A DNA stretch of 64,000 nt from Lytechinus pictus (lineage: Eukaryota). Of this stretch, positions 60,701 through 64,000 are shown piece after piece. Under the pieces are notes generated by a model. The model saw nothing but the letters and a program-made list of their open reading frames with translations, did not search any database and was not told where the DNA came from. The stretch lies in assembly GCF_037042905.1 (NCBI RefSeq), contig NC_087251.1, forward strand, positions 49,167,358 through 49,231,357. Direction: 5' to 3'. How positions within the stretch are numbered: position 1 is the first letter of the stretch; every line of letters starts with the position of its first letter. The translations under genes and the position numbers were made by a program.

Positions 60701-63700
60701 ATTCAGATTCAGATTCAGATTTATTTCCAACAGAAATGACATAAATATTGATACAAATCATTTTCATACATTATAACAGATATTTGCGATATAAATCATT
60801 GTCATTATAATCATATTCAAAAACATTCATGATAATTAACATATAAAGATATATACAAAATATGGTGCATTTCGTAGACAAATTATAATATATAATTAAA
60901 ATAGGGAAAAAAAGGTATCTGTGGAAATGGGAGATTCACTCAAAAGCATAGCTTGTATAATGTGAACCTCCCTCAAGGAAGAGAAAAAAGGAGAGAGAGG
61001 GAAAGAAAGAGGGGGGGGGGGGCTAAGCAAGCTACTGATTCCGGTCCTCACAACTTTTTTTAAAGGATTTCTTTCTGTTAGAACCAATTTACTTCACCTG
61101 GGTTGAGAGCAGCACATTGTGGACCAATTTCTCGCTGAAGGAAATTACGCCATGGCCGGGATTCGAACCCGCGACTCTCTGTTTTATAGTCCGTAGAGTA
61201 ATCCACTGGGCCACAGCGCTCAACTTCTTTCCCTCCGCACTCCCTTAACAAATATCCTAATGGCCCCTCAGTTAAGAACCAGTATGGAACGATTTGGTTC
61301 GTCTTGTGAAGATAGAGAGTTGTTGAACGAACCACTGATATTACCGGTTGATGATTCTTCTCCTCTATATCTTATCTATAGCAGGGACTTACCACCGCTC
61401 CCTCCATGGCCCTGGGAAGAAGGGGTGCTGGGGTTGCTGAAGCACCCCCAGCACCCCATATTTTGTTGCGTATATAATATACACCTGGAAATTGGGTTGG
61501 TATACTAAAATGTAGAAAAAATCACATTCAATTTTGAACAGTTTTTTTTTTCTTCAAAAATCTTTCCCAGGCCCCTGGCTCACTCCCCTTCTCTCCTTCC
61601 CCTTTCTGTCCCATTCCTCTCTTTTAAAACTCTCTATACATACATTCTCGTCATATGTATCTCCACATCTTGTTCTCATCCTTATTTCCTTTGTTTAACT
61701 CAAATCCTTCTTACCGTAGTTTGAATGGAACTAATTGCTGCCTGATAACCCGTGTACGTTATGTCATGAGTAAAAGTAATGTAATGATGTCATAGGCTTG
61801 GTATATACAAGAGCACTGAATCTTGTAGGCCATACATTCGGAAAATGTTCGATTTTTATCTCATTTTGGAAAAAAAAATATTAAAAAGGTCAAGATGAAG
61901 TCTGAAACTTTGTGAATAGTTTGAATGAACTCTGAGTGGCCTTAGCAATATGTGGTCATCATAGGAAAGGGGATTTACAGAACATCTCCAAACAAGAGGC
62001 AACCCTGGAGGAGAGAGCACATGTCGTATTACCCGATTACCTTCTCACTCAGAAATATATTCATGCTACTTTAGAATAAAGGATGAAATATCACCATTTA
62101 GCTTGACAACCCAATATCATACATTTTAATTTAGTCAATGAAAAGAAATGCAAGAAGTTTCCAAGCGTTGTGACACACATTGCCTTATAAAATGAAGAAA
62201 AATCACGTTCATCTATTCACACAGAACGAGTAATATCTCGGGGCTACGTGATAAGAAACTATCACTGTCACATCCATAATAATTATACATCTTAAACCCA
62301 TGAATACTAATAGCCTGATACTTATTATCACCCACTATAGGACTATACAACCATTTTCTACTTTCCATAATGTTATTGCCTTTTTTCCACTGTTGGTTCC
62401 AATTTACGCAATTCTCGTCACTACATCGACTGCCGACCCCGCGTGAAAGGCAAGTGGATGATACGGCTGGGATAAATCTTCATTTGCGTTCGATAAGAAT
62501 GATTATATTAATGAATTTAAAAAAAACTGCATGAGATGATCTCTAAGAAGTGGCTCTAGGAGAAGACACGAATTATCTCATCTGCGTGTGCGTCGACGAA
62601 TGCCGAGATTAGACGCGAACGTCACACGCGTGCGACATCGTCACCCAAACGCGGGCACGCGACTGCCGACCCCGTCTATGAGACGACCGATGGCTGGATA
62701 TACAAGCATGGTTGCCCCCGGCCAATCCCGCCATCCGCCGGGATATTTCGCCCAGTAATATTACCTTATTCTATTTATATCCATTATATCTACGATATTG
62801 AATCGAGCATGGGGATATCTCGCAATTTCGCTCGGTTGACTGTGTGTACAAAGCGCGAAAATCCCTTTACGCGTTAAGGCAAAATGAAAGCCTCCCTTCT
62901 TTATTATCAATATCATCATCACTTCGGTTCGAAGTCTTTCTCATTTTGCTAGCCGGGCAAAGGGTATTGACGTTATAAATCCCTCTTATTTACCTTGTTG
63001 GTTTTTCTATTTGATGAAACATTTCATGTTGAGGGAATTGTCTGGGTTGAAAATGTCATCTCCCCCTGCGTATTTACGCTGTGTGATCTCACGCTCATGA
63101 ACCATGTTGAGCCTTATGTCACGATGAATTATTAAAATATCGACAACGATGTCATAATACATCATTCTATATAGCATTAAAGACTTTCATTGTGATAATA
63201 ACCTGTCGTTAAAATTTTCCAGAATCGGGAATTGGGGCACTAGAATCTCCCAGAAAAAATATAATAGTTTTGTCATGATTTTTGCCTGATACTGAATACA
63301 TGATACTCAAAAGAAAATGTCTAATGTATTTAATAACTCAGACTCATTTGACTTTCAATCGCCTTTTAGTTTACTTGAAAGTTTCAATTTTAAAAAAATC
63401 TCTATATTTCTATCAATTGAAATCAGTGACTTTATTTACACTCTTATACTTCTGTTCAGGACTTCATATTAAATTATGACATTTTTAGTGAAATGTATTG
63501 ATTTTTGGTATGGATAAGAAGATATCAAAGCCAAAGCAACGTTAATTTATTCAAATAGCATATGATAAAACAATGCTTAATTTGCAGCAACACAAAGCTG
63601 GATGGAGAATTTGCTGTAAATGAAATAAGACCTATAACTCTCTTAAATAATTTAGCTCGTAGCAAGAACAAGTAATAATTCAAGATCAAATTAATGTAAA

Positions 63701-63789
63701 TGACATAATCACCACGCTTCTTCACAAGTACTTTAATTTATAAATGTGTTGTCAAAGTTTGAAAAGGTTACAATAAAGATGAGAAAAAT

Positions 63790-64000
63790 ACACAAGTGGA
63801 ATGCCTCTGGCCGTCTCACCTGCATCACGCGATTCAATATAGCAGCAGTGCTGATTTTGAAAACTACTATAACTCGCACAAGATGTTCAGTGATACTTGG
63901 TTACTCTTATTTCCACGTTTTATGAACTAGACCAATACACTTATAGAGATATGATGGCAATTCAACAAATACCCCCAACGTGGCCAAAGTTCTTTGACCT
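63790..64000. mobile_element. Probable start of a HINE-like element running off the window
   Basis: ACAAG start after an A-run and a TTTGACCT core-like end, as in the element at 5635-6476. Confidence 0.4.

Overview
AT-rich, repeat-dense animal genomic DNA. The repeat and intron style suggests an invertebrate deuterostome, probably a sea urchin (inference). Two spliced genes can be rebuilt by hand. (1) A complete 11-exon CDIN1/C15orf41 gene (+, 16614-39327, 840 nt, 279 aa) whose intron 7 has minor-spliceosome (U12) signals. (2) Divergent from it, the 5' coding part of an ETAA1-like ATR activator (-, four exons from 3588 to the left window edge). In human, ETAA1 flanks MEIS1 and CDIN1 flanks MEIS2, so this pair may be the pre-duplication Meis neighbourhood, and the gene-poor right 24 kb may be Meis regulatory territory (inference; Meis itself is not in the window). 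The introns hold a very young non-coding LTR element with a tRNA-iMet PBS, a 337-bp internal inverted repeat and a motif array. They also hold decayed CR1/L2-group LINEs, tRNA-SINEs, and many nested non-autonomous DNA transposons. All homology calls are from recalled sequences; no database search was run.
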